A DNA stretch of 64,000 nt, from the sequence record KT321315.1. One strand, written 5' to 3'. The stretch comes from Enterobacter phage phiEap-3. Positions 44,161 through 53,955 of this stretch are shown in pieces. Every line of letters starts with the position of its first letter. Positions within the stretch are counted from its first letter, which is position 1. The notes under the pieces are model-generated. The model saw only the letters and a list, made by a program, of their open reading frames with translations, searched no databases and was not told the DNA's origin. The translations under genes were made by a program, and so were the position numbers.

Positions 44161-45231
44161 TTAAATTCCGGTAAATGCTACGATGATTTGATAATGATCA
44201 TCGAAGAATAGATCCCGCATCGCGATCACTTCGTGCATCGGTAGCCAGAACGCGTCTGCTGCATCATCAGAGCCGCCCATAATACGAGGCAATGAACCAT
44301 CGTTATTAGGTTCGAGCTTGATATATTGTGCTACAGTCGGTTTTGAGAAGTACACCGAACGTTTCGGATGATCGAACAGCATCGAATTACGGATAGAACC
44401 ACGAATAACCTTTTCTGGTACTTTAATTCGTACTTCTTCCAGCAATTCACGGATCGCACAATCAAGGAACGTTTCGTTACCGTTTTTGTGTCCACCAGGA
44501 AGCGCTAACGCATCTTTACCAGGCGCAAACTTACGACGGATTACTAACACGTGGTTATTACATACGACCACTGAGTCAGCCGTGCAACAGTTCAGAGAAT
44601 CCGGATACGGATATTTTTTGAACTTGTCAATCTCTCGTTGCCAGTGTGCATCTTCATGGGACAAACGCTGGAATTCTTTTGTTTGTGTCCATTCATCGAT
44701 AAAGGAAACCGTAGTGCTAGGCGCATATTTTAACAAATCTTCGTCCCAGCCTTCATGGTGTTCCCAGATAATTTTGCGTAAATTGGTCGAGGACAGATCC
44801 TGATCTCCAACCTTCACAGGTTCAACCGGAATATGATTCCATCCGAATGCTTTAAGCCAGTAAGAATCTTTGTCTTTTTCGTATCCGACGATCGCAATTC
44901 GATCATTTCGAGTTTCATCGATTGCCATACGAACGCGGGATTTCCATTTTTCCTCGTTATAGAGGTAATCTGGAATGTGCGCGAATTTGATTCTGGCTGC
45001 ATCTTCAACATCAAGTTTGCAGATAGACCAGCGAGTGATCATTGCTTGACGCTGTTTAGCGGTCAATGGGTTTAATGTGTTCGGATATGCATAAGCAGAA
45101 CCGATCAGAATGTAAACCGTATTAGCAACAGCAAGGGCTTCCCTTACCATTTTCTCATGACCATAGTGAAAAGGTTGAAAACGTCCAATTACTACAGCTT
45201 TATCATATTTGTGTTTCATAACGTGCTCCAC
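44161..45231 (-). CDS. natV: bifunctional NMN adenylyltransferase / Nudix ADP-ribose pyrophosphatase (NadM-Nudix, NatV-like)
   Basis: N-terminal GRFQPFHYGH (HxGH nucleotidyltransferase motif); C-terminal Nudix box GGHKNGNETFLDCAIRELLEEV. Confidence 0.8.
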   Translation of the reverse strand: MEHVMKHKYDKAVVIGRFQPFHYGHEKMVREALAVANTVYILIGSAYAYPNTLNPLTAKQRQAMITRWSICKLDVEDAARIKFAHIPDYLYNEEKWKSRVRMAIDETRNDRIAIVGYEKDKDSYWLKAFGWNHIPVEPVKVGDQDLSSTNLRKIIWEHHEGWDEDLLKYAPSTTVSFIDEWTQTKEFQRLSHEDAHWQREIDKFKKYPYPDSLNCCTADSVVVCNNHVLVIRRKFAPGKDALALPGGHKNGNETFLDCAIRELLEEVRIKVPEKVIRGSIRNSMLFDHPKRSVYFSKPTVAQYIKLEPNNDGSLPRIMGGSDDAADAFWLPMHEVIAMRDLFFDDHYQIIVAFTGI

Positions 45232-45244
45232 GTTTAAAGGTTAA

Positions 45245-45343
45245 TCATAAAACAGACGCAATTATCAACACACCAAACAATCCACCAATGAAACCAAAGA
45301 ATAGTGAAATGAGTATAGTCAGTACGATCTGTTTTATGTTCAT
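45245..45343 (-). CDS. possible 32-aa single-TM micro-protein
   Basis: MNIKQIVLTILISLFFGFIGGLFGVLIIASVL; coordinates approximate. Confidence 0.25.
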   Translation of the reverse strand: MNIKQIVLTILISLFFGFIGGLFGVLIIASVL

Positions 45344-45395
45344 TATAGTATTCTCGTTTTAGATGTCAAGCCCCCAAAGAGGGGGCTTTAAAACA

Positions 45396-46322
45396 TTATT
45401 TACGAGAATCGAAAATCACTTTACCAGCATAATCCGAACCCATTACAGTTTGAGGTACGCCACCTTTATAGCGGGTAGAGTAGTTCATCTGTACATCCAG
45501 TTCTTTCCAGCGGATCATTTCCGGCGTAATGGTGCGTTGCAGGGCGGCGTTGGCTTCTGCTTCTTTCTTCGCTGCATACAGACGGGCATCAGCATCACGT
45601 TCGTTAGCGATTGCAGCGTTTTCACGCGCCTGACGATCGGCTTCCGCTTGTTTTACTGCTTGTAGTGAAGTTTGTTCTACTTTTTGCAGTTCAGCTTTAG
45701 CAGCGTTAACCTGTTCTTCGCGGATCTTCGTGTTAGTTACCTGTTCCATGATAACTTCCGGCAGGGTGATATCCTGCAAGAATACCTGTTTCACAGTGTA
45801 ACCGTAAGGCCGCGCATAATCTTCTACTTCCTGCTGAATCGCAATTTGCAGTTGGTTTTGGATCTTCGCATCAAACAGGTCTTGCGCTTTCGGTACGGAT
45901 TTACCAAATTCGCGAACAGTGGAAAGCAGTTTTTCAGTTACATACTTATCCAGTGCCTGATCCTGATTACCCGCGTTGATACGGTTGATCGGTGCTTTGC
46001 TACCGTCGAATTGCAGCATTACGGTCATATCCACAGTGGATTTAAATTTATCCTGGGACGGAACCTGTAATTTGTCGAACTTCATCGCGATGTCTTTGGT
46101 GCTGAACGTATCAAACGTTGCCAGCGGGTTTACAATGTGGAAACCGGGTAGTACGGGTTTCGGTGATACTTTACCCATGAAGGTTTCAGTTTTAACCGTA
46201 CCGTCTTGCACAATGGTATACATGTTAGGCACTAACCACAGTGCTGCAACTACGCCCAGAGCGATCAGAGAGGTTTTCTTCGGGTTGTTCACGATAGTGT
46301 TTAAGTTCATCATAATTTCCAT
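45396..46322 (-). CDS. SPFH/Band-7 (prohibitin/HflKC-like) domain membrane protein
   Basis: N-terminal TM segment, SPFH core, then an Ala/Glu/Gln-rich coiled-coil tail. Confidence 0.7.
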   Translation of the reverse strand: MEIMMNLNTIVNNPKKTSLIALGVVAALWLVPNMYTIVQDGTVKTETFMGKVSPKPVLPGFHIVNPLATFDTFSTKDIAMKFDKLQVPSQDKFKSTVDMTVMLQFDGSKAPINRINAGNQDQALDKYVTEKLLSTVREFGKSVPKAQDLFDAKIQNQLQIAIQQEVEDYARPYGYTVKQVFLQDITLPEVIMEQVTNTKIREEQVNAAKAELQKVEQTSLQAVKQAEADRQARENAAIANERDADARLYAAKKEAEANAALQRTITPEMIRWKELDVQMNYSTRYKGGVPQTVMGSDYAGKVIFDSRK

Positions 46323-46382
46323 AAGTTGTTGTTCAATTCGATAGTTATTCTATCATCACATTTCACGCTGTCAAACTATTTT

Positions 46383-46805
46383 TTAAGAAAGTTTTGTCAG
46401 CTTGTAGATTGTTTGATAGCACAAGCCCTTAATCTCGTCCAGGATGTTCTTCAAAGAACTATCTACTGATTCGTAGATCTCGTTTGCTTCGTTGGCTATT
46501 TTACGGAGATACGCTACCGTGTCAAGCATATTTTCGGTTTTTAGCACAGGTTTGTATCTTCCCGTGATTCCTATGTGGATTTCGGTGAATTTATCAACCA
46601 AATCCTGCATATCTTCGTAAAAACCCTCATATGCTTTATGTTGTGAGTAGGAACCTGTTGCAAAATGTGCGCTATGCATATACGTAACGGACATAAGGCA
46701 CATGCCAATAAAGGCATCTATCTTGCTTGAGTTCTCAGATTCTGTAATTTGTTTAAATGATTGCATGATGATCCCTTTATGAACGATGGATACTTGCAAA
46801 CTCAT
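46383..46805 (-). CDS. hypothetical protein
   Basis: ORF. Confidence 0.45.
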   Translation of the reverse strand: MSLQVSIVHKGIIMQSFKQITESENSSKIDAFIGMCLMSVTYMHSAHFATGSYSQHKAYEGFYEDMQDLVDKFTEIHIGITGRYKPVLKTENMLDTVAYLRKIANEANEIYESVDSSLKNILDEIKGLCYQTIYKLTKLS

Positions 46806-47079
46806 ACGCGACCCTAATTCCTAGCTTTGCGCATTCGGATTCAGATCGGCATTGTTTTTGGTGCCATTTTCGTTCCATGTAGTTGTAGAATAGTTCGCTT
46901 GTATTTACGCTGGGAGGGATCGTTGTGATGTATACTTGAAGGGCCGCATTAATATAATCGTCAAATTCTTTCTGAACCGGACGGTCGGCGGCGTGTGTTG
47001 TGGGTGTCATCATCAACAATCCGAACAGCACAGCCATTGATATGCGTTTAATGTTCATAACAATTACTCTTTTACTCAT
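46777..47079 (-). CDS. secreted small protein (signal peptide)
   Basis: MAVLFGLLMMTPTTHA signal sequence. Confidence 0.45.
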   Translation of the reverse strand: MSKRVIVMNIKRISMAVLFGLLMMTPTTHAADRPVQKEFDDYINAALQVYITTIPPSVNTSELFYNYMERKWHQKQCRSESECAKLGIRVAYEFASIHRS

Positions 47080-47164
47080 AGACCCACTATAGGTCTACTC
47101 CTGTATATATTTATAGCAAAAACGAGGCCGAAGCCTCGTTATAATATTTTTGCTGTAAAGTCAA

Positions 47165-47557
47165 TCAAGTAATGTCATACCAACACAAACTTCTTTCGAA
47201 AGCGCGTATTTTGTTCACGTTTTCTACGTTTTCATCCCAACCGATCACGCCAGCTTTCATACGTTTCAGTTCCTGACGTAAACGGGTACGTACTTTTGAA
47301 TCAATTTTCTTTACTGCAATAGAAAGCATTGCATTCAGATCGCCATGAGCTTTGTTACCGTCGCGACACAGATTATTATCAAATCGAATATATGCACATC
47401 CTGATTTGTGTTTCCAGTTGGTTGAGTACCAACGCAACCCATCCGGATCAATACCATGTTGAGCATAATAACGAGAATACTCTTTTACTTCTTCGATCTT
47501 TTCGTTAGATGAACGGTCACGAAGAGGGTTGTATTTCTTACGGTAAGTGCGACTCAT
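47165..47557 (-). CDS. hypothetical basic protein
   Basis: ORF. Confidence 0.45.
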   Translation of the reverse strand: MSRTYRKKYNPLRDRSSNEKIEEVKEYSRYYAQHGIDPDGLRWYSTNWKHKSGCAYIRFDNNLCRDGNKAHGDLNAMLSIAVKKIDSKVRTRLRQELKRMKAGVIGWDENVENVNKIRAFERSLCWYDIT

Positions 47558-47573
47558 AATGATCTCCTTTTGT

Positions 47574-48182
47574 TTATGCTTCCACTGTATCAGGGTTGTT
47601 CTTTAGTTGCAAGTAATGTTTTCGACAAAGTGAAACATATTTGTCTTCGGCCCCGATCTCAATCTGGTCGCCATTAGCAACAAATTTGCCATTTGCATCA
47701 ATACGGGCTACGGTAGTTGCTTTCTTTCCACAATGACAAACCCCCCGCAACTCCCTGATCTCATCAGCAAGCGCCAGCAACATATAAGAACCTTCAAACA
47801 AGTTCAACTGAAAATCGGTTCTTAGTCCATATGTCATTACGGGTATATCTAATTCGTCAACAACCCGACACAGATCCATGACATTTTTCCTGGAAAGGAA
47901 TTGCGCTTCATCCACAAACACGCAAGAAACCAGTTTCTCGCTATCACCGTAAAAATGATTGTTGTGAACATCATAATACAAGTCCATATCAGGCGTGATC
48001 ATGGTGCATGTTGCTTCCAACCCAATACGCGAAGAGATACTCTGTTTACCTTCTCGCGTATCAATTGCTGGTTTGTACATCAGGATCCGCATACCGCGTT
48101 CCTGGTAGTTGTATGCATCAGTGAGTAAACGAGCACTCTTGCCAGCATTCATTGATGCATAATGAAAATATAGTTTAGCCAT
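47574..48182 (-). CDS. tk: Thymidine kinase
   Basis: YASMNAGKS P-loop, zinc-ribbon CHCGKKA...C; similar to T4 Tk. Confidence 0.9.
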   Translation of the reverse strand: MAKLYFHYASMNAGKSARLLTDAYNYQERGMRILMYKPAIDTREGKQSISSRIGLEATCTMITPDMDLYYDVHNNHFYGDSEKLVSCVFVDEAQFLSRKNVMDLCRVVDELDIPVMTYGLRTDFQLNLFEGSYMLLALADEIRELRGVCHCGKKATTVARIDANGKFVANGDQIEIGAEDKYVSLCRKHYLQLKNNPDTVEA

Positions 48183-48372
48183 TTATCCTCTCAACAAAAT
48201 CTGGGGTATTTTGGAATTTCCCTTCCCCTTCATGGTTTTTGCATGTTTTATTTGAACAGTAGATCCACCAATCCCACTCATCATAAGGGGGTTTGGTAAT
48301 GTTCATTACACAAATTAAAGGGAAATGACAATCCCGACAGCGAACATTTTCTATAATGTTTGCGTTAGCCAT
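48175..48372 (-). CDS. hypothetical zinc-ribbon protein
   Basis: CRDCHF...CSNKTC. Confidence 0.4.
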   Translation of the reverse strand: MANANIIENVRCRDCHFPLICVMNITKPPYDEWDWWIYCSNKTCKNHEGEGKFQNTPDFVERING

Positions 48373-48652
48373 GCGTATAACCGCCCATTTCGTTATCTTG
48401 TGCTTGATGAATATCAAGATACCACATATTGATTTTGCTTTTCAGTTCGTCCATTTCTTTATCAAGCCCACTGTCAACAAGACAGAGAATGTCAACCACC
48501 GTTTTACGCTGGGTGATGTTGATTTTGTTCGCTTTCATCGCTTGCGCCAATGCATTGCAGGTTTTAACCAGTGCGGCGCGTTGTCCTTTGATTACGGCGA
48601 TCCGTTTGTTCGCTTTCTTGATCGCCCGACCTGCTTTGATAGGATCCATCAT
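48365..48652 (-). CDS. hypothetical basic protein
   Basis: ORF. Confidence 0.4.
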   Translation of the reverse strand: MMDPIKAGRAIKKANKRIAVIKGQRAALVKTCNALAQAMKANKINITQRKTVVDILCLVDSGLDKEMDELKSKINMWYLDIHQAQDNEMGGYTHG

Positions 48653-48654
48653 GA

Positions 48655-49128
48655 TTAATTCGCCTTACGAGGATCGAAATGAACGACAATGATCGGGTAA
48701 TCACCAGTCACCTCATTAATAATGCGCTTAATGAGTTCCCAGTCGCCCCCAGCAAGGCCAGCACCGATTAAAGGTGTGATGATAGGCTTTCCAGTTTTAA
48801 CGGCGTCAGCAAGCCCTACAGCCTGTTTAAACGCATTACCTATTGCATCATAATCGACACGCGGCCCAGGTGTCCAGAAATCATATTGAGTGTATGCATT
48901 GAAAACAATGTTGCCTTTTTCGCCAATGTAAACAGAACAAGTTCCGAGCTTATCACGGGAACCTTTTAACGTATTGGCATCAACTTGAAATGCACCAGGA
49001 ATACGATCGCGGATTTCGCGAGCAATACCAGCGCCCATATTGCAATAGCAGTTGCATCCGTGGATCAAATGGCCTTCACCATTCAGATACATATTGACAG
49101 CATTACCTTTCACTTCTTTAATGATCAT
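48655..49128 (-). CDS. macro-domain (ADP-ribose binding/hydrolase-like) protein
   Basis: IHGCNCYCNMGAGIA aligns with the macro IVNAANxxLxGGGGVxxAI block, and PLIGAGLAGG with the ISTGVYGYP block; start at ATG 49128 (the track start is a TTG). Confidence 0.55.
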   Translation of the reverse strand: MIIKEVKGNAVNMYLNGEGHLIHGCNCYCNMGAGIAREIRDRIPGAFQVDANTLKGSRDKLGTCSVYIGEKGNIVFNAYTQYDFWTPGPRVDYDAIGNAFKQAVGLADAVKTGKPIITPLIGAGLAGGDWELIKRIINEVTGDYPIIVVHFDPRKAN

Positions 49129-49425
49129 TTTTATTTTTCCGATATAGTAGGGCCACAACAAGGCCCATCAAAATCACAAGGATCCACAATACAGTGAATT
49201 GAACCCCTACGCTCATTTTCTCGCTTTCCGTTCGCGGCGGCGGTCTTCTTGATGACACATATACATTACACCAGTAAAGACCACAAGGCCAATAACAAAC
49301 CCGATGAAATTACACATAGTCATCATCCCCGCAATAATAACAAGGCCCAGTGCTCTCATGCTTACCAGCATTGTACGCCAAGAACACCACAACCGCCGCC
49401 ATAATAATAAAAATCCAGATAGCCA

Positions 49426-49749
49426 TTAGTAAAGCCCTATGCCAGCATTAAATTCGTCAACCAAATAAGTACGGAACTTTTCGCACCGTTCCTTATTTGG
49501 CGCTTGTTTGCATAGATTCATCATTGGTTCAGACTGCAAAAACTCTTTTTGTTTCAGCAACTTACCGCGTTTATACAGGTGAGCATTTTCCTCTCCCCAC
49601 ATATAAGCAACATCTAACTGTTCTGCGATCACTTGCTTACATACTGCGACATCTTTAATATCACGATTGTTGCATAACTCATCCAGGCGAGCATCACCCG
49701 CGTGAGCAAATCCAGCAACCAGAGTTAAAAGCAGTGCTAACTTTTTCAT
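49426..49749 (-). CDS. secreted small protein (signal peptide)
   Basis: MKKLALLLTLVAGFAHA signal sequence. Confidence 0.5.
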   Translation of the reverse strand: MKKLALLLTLVAGFAHAGDARLDELCNNRDIKDVAVCKQVIAEQLDVAYMWGEENAHLYKRGKLLKQKEFLQSEPMMNLCKQAPNKERCEKFRTYLVDEFNAGIGLY

Positions 49750-49758
49750 GATGATTCC

Positions 49759-50349
49759 TTATTCATCCTCTTCGATAGGGGTATAATAATGCGCATTGCA
49801 GATATACGCAAGAACTTTTTTCAGAGACATATCCGAGAATGTCGGATCCTGATTTCGTCTCATCCCACTACCAGTTTCAACAGCCCAACGTTTGTTAGCT
49901 GGATTGTATGTCAGCCAGTAACAATCCCATTCAGACAGAGTATGTTCGAACAGATCGAAACGCTTACGCCCATTTGCTTGCGGCCTAACAAAAGGTTCAA
50001 CCATTTCTAAAGCGGTTAAAACTCGATTAAGGTTTGAACCGTCTTCATCCATCGCGATCCGCAAACAGTACTGGTTAATGTCCGGATCCATACCATCGAT
50101 ACCCAGGCCGATAGATTCGAAAAATTGTGTCGCCGCGTGATAAGACACACTAGAAGAACGATATTCCAACATCACGGGGATCTTTTCCCCATCCTTGACG
50201 TTGTTAATGATATCCTGATCGATAAGTTCAATCAGGTCTCTTTTATCCTTGATCAAGGTAGAAATTTCTTCTTGCAGAGGGGCTATCTGTGCATGAAGTT
50301 CTTTGATCCGTTGATCAATTACGGTTACTTCGAAAGCTAAATTTCTCAT
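49759..50349 (-). CDS. hypothetical protein
   Basis: ORF starting at an ATGA overlap. Confidence 0.45.
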   Translation of the reverse strand: MRNLAFEVTVIDQRIKELHAQIAPLQEEISTLIKDKRDLIELIDQDIINNVKDGEKIPVMLEYRSSSVSYHAATQFFESIGLGIDGMDPDINQYCLRIAMDEDGSNLNRVLTALEMVEPFVRPQANGRKRFDLFEHTLSEWDCYWLTYNPANKRWAVETGSGMRRNQDPTFSDMSLKKVLAYICNAHYYTPIEEDE

Positions 50350-50492
50350 TGTACCCATTCCCCGTTTTTGTCAATGTACATGATCCAATCAGCAACCGCC
50401 CAATGGGAAGTATTGCCTTTCGGAGTCGCTACGATGTAGGAACCAGCTTTAAACAGTACGCGTTTAGTTTCGTTCAGGATCAGGTCGCTCAT
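50346..50492 (-). CDS. hypothetical 48-aa protein
   Basis: SD GAGAGGAATACATT ATG; the same leader as the gene at 34167. Confidence 0.35.
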   Translation of the reverse strand: MSDLILNETKRVLFKAGSYIVATPKGNTSHWAVADWIMYIDKNGEWVQ

Positions 50493-50506
50493 AATGTATT
50501 CCTCTC

Positions 50507-50558
50507 AATTAGATGCATCTATAATAAAAAAGCCCCAGACCGAAGTCAAGGGCTTTTT
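50507..50558 (-). repeat. terminator-plus-promoter cassette copy m
   Basis: Minus strand reads AAAAAGCCCTTGACTTCGGTCTGGGGCTTTTTTATTATAGATGCATCTAATTGAGAGGAATACATTATG. Confidence 0.55.
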
Positions 50559-50559
50559 G

Positions 50560-51201
50560 TCAAATGATTTGTTTTTCTTCTAACAGCTTCGCGGTTGTAT
50601 TAACCATACGAGCATAATCACGGGCTTCTTTCTTTGTATACTTGAAACCAGCGTTATAGCTCGCCAGCGCCTTTTTCAAGTCGCCTTTGTGGTAATCAAG
50701 CCAGTACTCCAGTTCATAGATCGCATACTTCGATCCACCTTGAAGAGTTTCGAGCTTTTTGATTACTACGCGTTTAGGATATGACTTATCCATTCGTGCG
50801 CTGGCGCTCCTTGCGGTAACTTGCCAGCATCCATAAGCGTGATGGCCTTTTTTACCTTTACCGACATTCTCACATGCGCGAGACTCGATCCAGGCAATAG
50901 CCGCTAAATGATAGCCTAAACGTTTAGCCTTATCTTTTTCTACAGGTTTTGCAGTCTTCAAATCATAGTTGTGTCCAACTCGATAAGCATACTCCAGAAC
51001 CTCTTTCTGCTTCGGTGTGATGTTATCCAAATCCTTGATGTAGGATGGAGAATTTTTGTTTGCCGGAGGCTTTACAGTAGCCTTTTGTAAAGGCAATTGA
51101 TGAGTAGGCAAATCCGCAATGAAATCCCCTAGCGGATCCGTCGCAGCGTTGCCAGAAAAAGAGCACAAGAAAATGCTGGCAGCAATAATAATTTTCTTCA
51201 T
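50560..51201 (-). CDS. soluble lytic transglycosylase-like (SLT domain) protein with signal peptide
   Basis: IAWIESR...GCWQV...YNAG SLT motifs; N-terminal signal peptide from ATG 51201. Confidence 0.7.
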   Translation of the reverse strand: MKKIIIAASIFLCSFSGNAATDPLGDFIADLPTHQLPLQKATVKPPANKNSPSYIKDLDNITPKQKEVLEYAYRVGHNYDLKTAKPVEKDKAKRLGYHLAAIAWIESRACENVGKGKKGHHAYGCWQVTARSASARMDKSYPKRVVIKKLETLQGGSKYAIYELEYWLDYHKGDLKKALASYNAGFKYTKKEARDYARMVNTTAKLLEEKQII

Positions 51202-51265
51202 TTTAATACCTATGTTGCAAAAAGAGGGGCAATAATACACCCCACTTTATATTTATGCAACTATT

Positions 51266-51820
51266 TTAGATAGTTTTCGCGTCACGTAGTTTATCAGCGA
51301 TAAACTCAGCAATGTTATAATTTGAAATAGCCTTGTTAGGATCGTATAGTGCAGTGATTTCATCTAACGATACCATAACGGCATGTTTAAAGTAGACACT
51401 CCAGCTAGTAGTAAGGATCTCGCTGTTGTCAAACCCACAGTTAGGGCTGAACAACGCGCGGTATTTGTACCCACTGTATTTCGTCAGACGATTCGTGCTG
51501 TGCGCATCACTGGTGATCAGAAAAGTTCCCTGGTGGGTTTCCACAACGAAAAAGTATCCGAGGCGTTCTTTGTTGTCCAGCATCTTTTCAAACTTGCGAT
51601 CGGTTTCTTCGCGAACAATACGAGAAGTCAGCATTTCCAACACTTTATCATATTCAGGCCAATCATTCTCGATCACGATCGCATCAAATGGTTTCTTACC
51701 ATTAATCCCGCGCCCGATTTCGATTTTCATGCAAATTTCGTTGAACGTTTTTAAATCTTCTGGCGTCAGTTCTTTAAGATCGCTCAATTTTGCTACATAA
51801 TAACGTTTTTCTAGTTTCAT
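51266..51820 (-). CDS. hypothetical protein
   Basis: ORF. Confidence 0.45.
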   Translation of the reverse strand: MKLEKRYYVAKLSDLKELTPEDLKTFNEICMKIEIGRGINGKKPFDAIVIENDWPEYDKVLEMLTSRIVREETDRKFEKMLDNKERLGYFFVVETHQGTFLITSDAHSTNRLTKYSGYKYRALFSPNCGFDNSEILTTSWSVYFKHAVMVSLDEITALYDPNKAISNYNIAEFIADKLRDAKTI

Positions 51821-51832
51821 TTTACGGAAACC

Positions 51833-52036
51833 TCAATTCAAAAATAATTTCACAGAGTTACCACATTTAGGACATGTGATAAATTTTTTCACGACATAAT
51901 CAGCAGCAGAGAAAAATCCATTGTAAATCGATTCTCTCTTTTGCTGTATATCAGATAATTCGTATTCTAACCCACTTTTACAGCAACTGCAAACAGTAAT
52001 TAGTTTTTGGCTATGGATGACAGTAATCATATACAC
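51833..52036 (-). CDS. hypothetical zinc-ribbon protein
   Basis: CSCCKSG...CPKCGN. Confidence 0.4.
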   Translation of the reverse strand: MYMITVIHSQKLITVCSCCKSGLEYELSDIQQKRESIYNGFFSAADYVVKKFITCPKCGNSVKLFLN

Positions 52037-52040
52037 CTCA

Positions 52041-52062
52041 CAAAAAGGGGGCTTTCGCCCCC
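52041..52062 (-). terminator. hairpin AAAAGGGGGCTTTCGCCCCCAT
   Basis: GC stem-loop downstream of phoH. Confidence 0.45.
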
Positions 52063-52066
52063 ATCA

Positions 52067-53410
52067 TTAGAAATTGTCTTCGACAAACGCCGCGAGACGG
52101 GAACGATACACTGTATCAAGAATGATATGGCTTGAGTGTTCGTATTCTTTCAGCTTTTCAACAGCCCATACAAACCCGTTGTTTACGGCAGTGTTTCGAG
52201 GGTTATCGATCTGCTTAATGTTCCCGCATAGTATCAGAAGTGTGTTCTCTCCGCAACGAGAAATGATAGATTTAATTTCGTGGTTGCTAAGGTTTTGACA
52301 TTCATCAACAATTAGCACAGAACCTTTGCCCGGATCCGGATGTCCGATACTGCGACCACGGAAGTAATACAGGCTAGGGAATTGCACCACCCCTTTTTCA
52401 ATCAAACCTTCAATGTATTTTTCAGATTCCGGATTATCCTTAAACAGAATATTCAGGCTAGTAATACAAGGTTCGATAGAAGGCCGGAGTTTTTCGCCCA
52501 ATGTACCAGGAAGGAAGCCAATTTCACTTGATAACGGGCTATCTGACTTCACATACATCAAGTTAGCGTAATGTCCACTATTAACCAGGTGCATAGCACC
52601 GGAAACAGCAAGCATTGTTTTACCAGAACCAGCGCCGCCCATAATGGTAGCAACATCGATTTCATTGCTCATAATGGATTCAACGAAAGCCGCTTGCAGA
52701 GAATCACGGGGCTGAATAGCTTTCATGAGTTTGCGTTTCATAGCCTGTTCGTGCTTAACAGGTAAGACATTCAAGCAAATCTCATCAGCAGTCACCACAC
52801 GCCCGACTAACTCACCATTTGAGGTAATGTACTGGTTAGGATAAAAATCTTCGTCAGGAAGCGAACTGTAAGTGATTTGGGCTACATTATCCGTATATCC
52901 CAACACTTCTACGGTATCCCAGAAATCAGGGATCTCTACATAACCGGAATACAACACATCGCTATCTTTTAACGTATCGTCGCCAGTATACTGTTCTACC
53001 TTACACCCACGGGACATTGCGATCAGCAACATCATAATATCGCGAGTAACTAAGGTTGCATCCTGTTGCATACAAGTTTCAATGATTCGTTCGTCTTGCT
53101 TGTCAAGAGCAAACGTTTTGTTTCCGACATAATCAACCACTTTAAGGGTGATAGTGTCAGACAGTGCTGGGTTTGTCAGGTTTAAAGGAATACCTGATTT
53201 CGTAATCGCATCATATGACTGACCGAAAATAACTTTTGACAGAAGCCGGATCGCCAATCGTGCTTCGTGCGCTGTTCGTTCTTTCGTTTTCAGGTGATCT
53301 AATTCACCCATAGTAGCAGAGGTAATAATGATTTCTGTACCAGGTTGAGTGAATGAATAGATTGAATAGGGGTTCGAGACTAAAACGTTAGTGTCTAAAA
53401 CATATTTCAT
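52067..53410 (-). CDS. phoH: PIN-domain / PhoH-like ATPase fusion protein
   Basis: N-terminal PIN (MKYVLDTNVL), C-terminal PhoH with Walker A GGAGSGKT. Confidence 0.8.
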   Translation of the reverse strand: MKYVLDTNVLVSNPYSIYSFTQPGTEIIITSATMGELDHLKTKERTAHEARLAIRLLSKVIFGQSYDAITKSGIPLNLTNPALSDTITLKVVDYVGNKTFALDKQDERIIETCMQQDATLVTRDIMMLLIAMSRGCKVEQYTGDDTLKDSDVLYSGYVEIPDFWDTVEVLGYTDNVAQITYSSLPDEDFYPNQYITSNGELVGRVVTADEICLNVLPVKHEQAMKRKLMKAIQPRDSLQAAFVESIMSNEIDVATIMGGAGSGKTMLAVSGAMHLVNSGHYANLMYVKSDSPLSSEIGFLPGTLGEKLRPSIEPCITSLNILFKDNPESEKYIEGLIEKGVVQFPSLYYFRGRSIGHPDPGKGSVLIVDECQNLSNHEIKSIISRCGENTLLILCGNIKQIDNPRNTAVNNGFVWAVEKLKEYEHSSHIILDTVYRSRLAAFVEDNF

Positions 53411-53465
53411 AGAAAATTCCTGATTTGATTACGGGGTACGCGGATTCGCACCCCGCGTACTGCAA

Positions 53466-53924
53466 TCACATACCCAGCGAAATTACGTGAATATATGCTA
53501 ATGGATGTTTCTTTTGTACACAATGCATGAGTGTATTATACACAATGTCCATGCGTTCATTGCGCGTAAGATCACACTCATCAAAAATAAGGTTTATTGC
53601 CTGGTGCTCTATTCGACGTCCACGGAAATGATTAAGAATTGCCCCTTTACTGGTCAATACATCACATCCGGTAGCACCATTTAGCTGTTTGACGTCTTGT
53701 GCTGCATTTAACGTATGCGCTACGTAAATGTTAAGGGAACTATGGGAACGTTTCATAAAATCAAACGCGCCTTTAGTCTTTTGCGTTTCTCTGCCCAGAT
53801 CCAGCCTGGTTTCGAATACCATAAAATCGTTAGGGCCGTAATTATGCGTTGGTTCTTCCAACTCTCGCATAAGATGCATCTTACGACATTCTTCAATTGT
53901 CTTTACATAAAATTCACTATTCAT
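53466..53924 (-). CDS. hypothetical protein
   Basis: ORF. Confidence 0.45.
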   Translation of the reverse strand: MNSEFYVKTIEECRKMHLMRELEEPTHNYGPNDFMVFETRLDLGRETQKTKGAFDFMKRSHSSLNIYVAHTLNAAQDVKQLNGATGCDVLTSKGAILNHFRGRRIEHQAINLIFDECDLTRNERMDIVYNTLMHCVQKKHPLAYIHVISLGM

Positions 53925-53930
53925 GTTTTA

Positions 53931-53950
53931 CCTTTAAGGGGCCAAAGCCC
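53931..53950 (-). terminator. hairpin GGGGCCAAAGCCCC
   Basis: Stem-loop downstream of the endolysin gene. Confidence 0.4.
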
Positions 53951-53955
53951 CTTTG

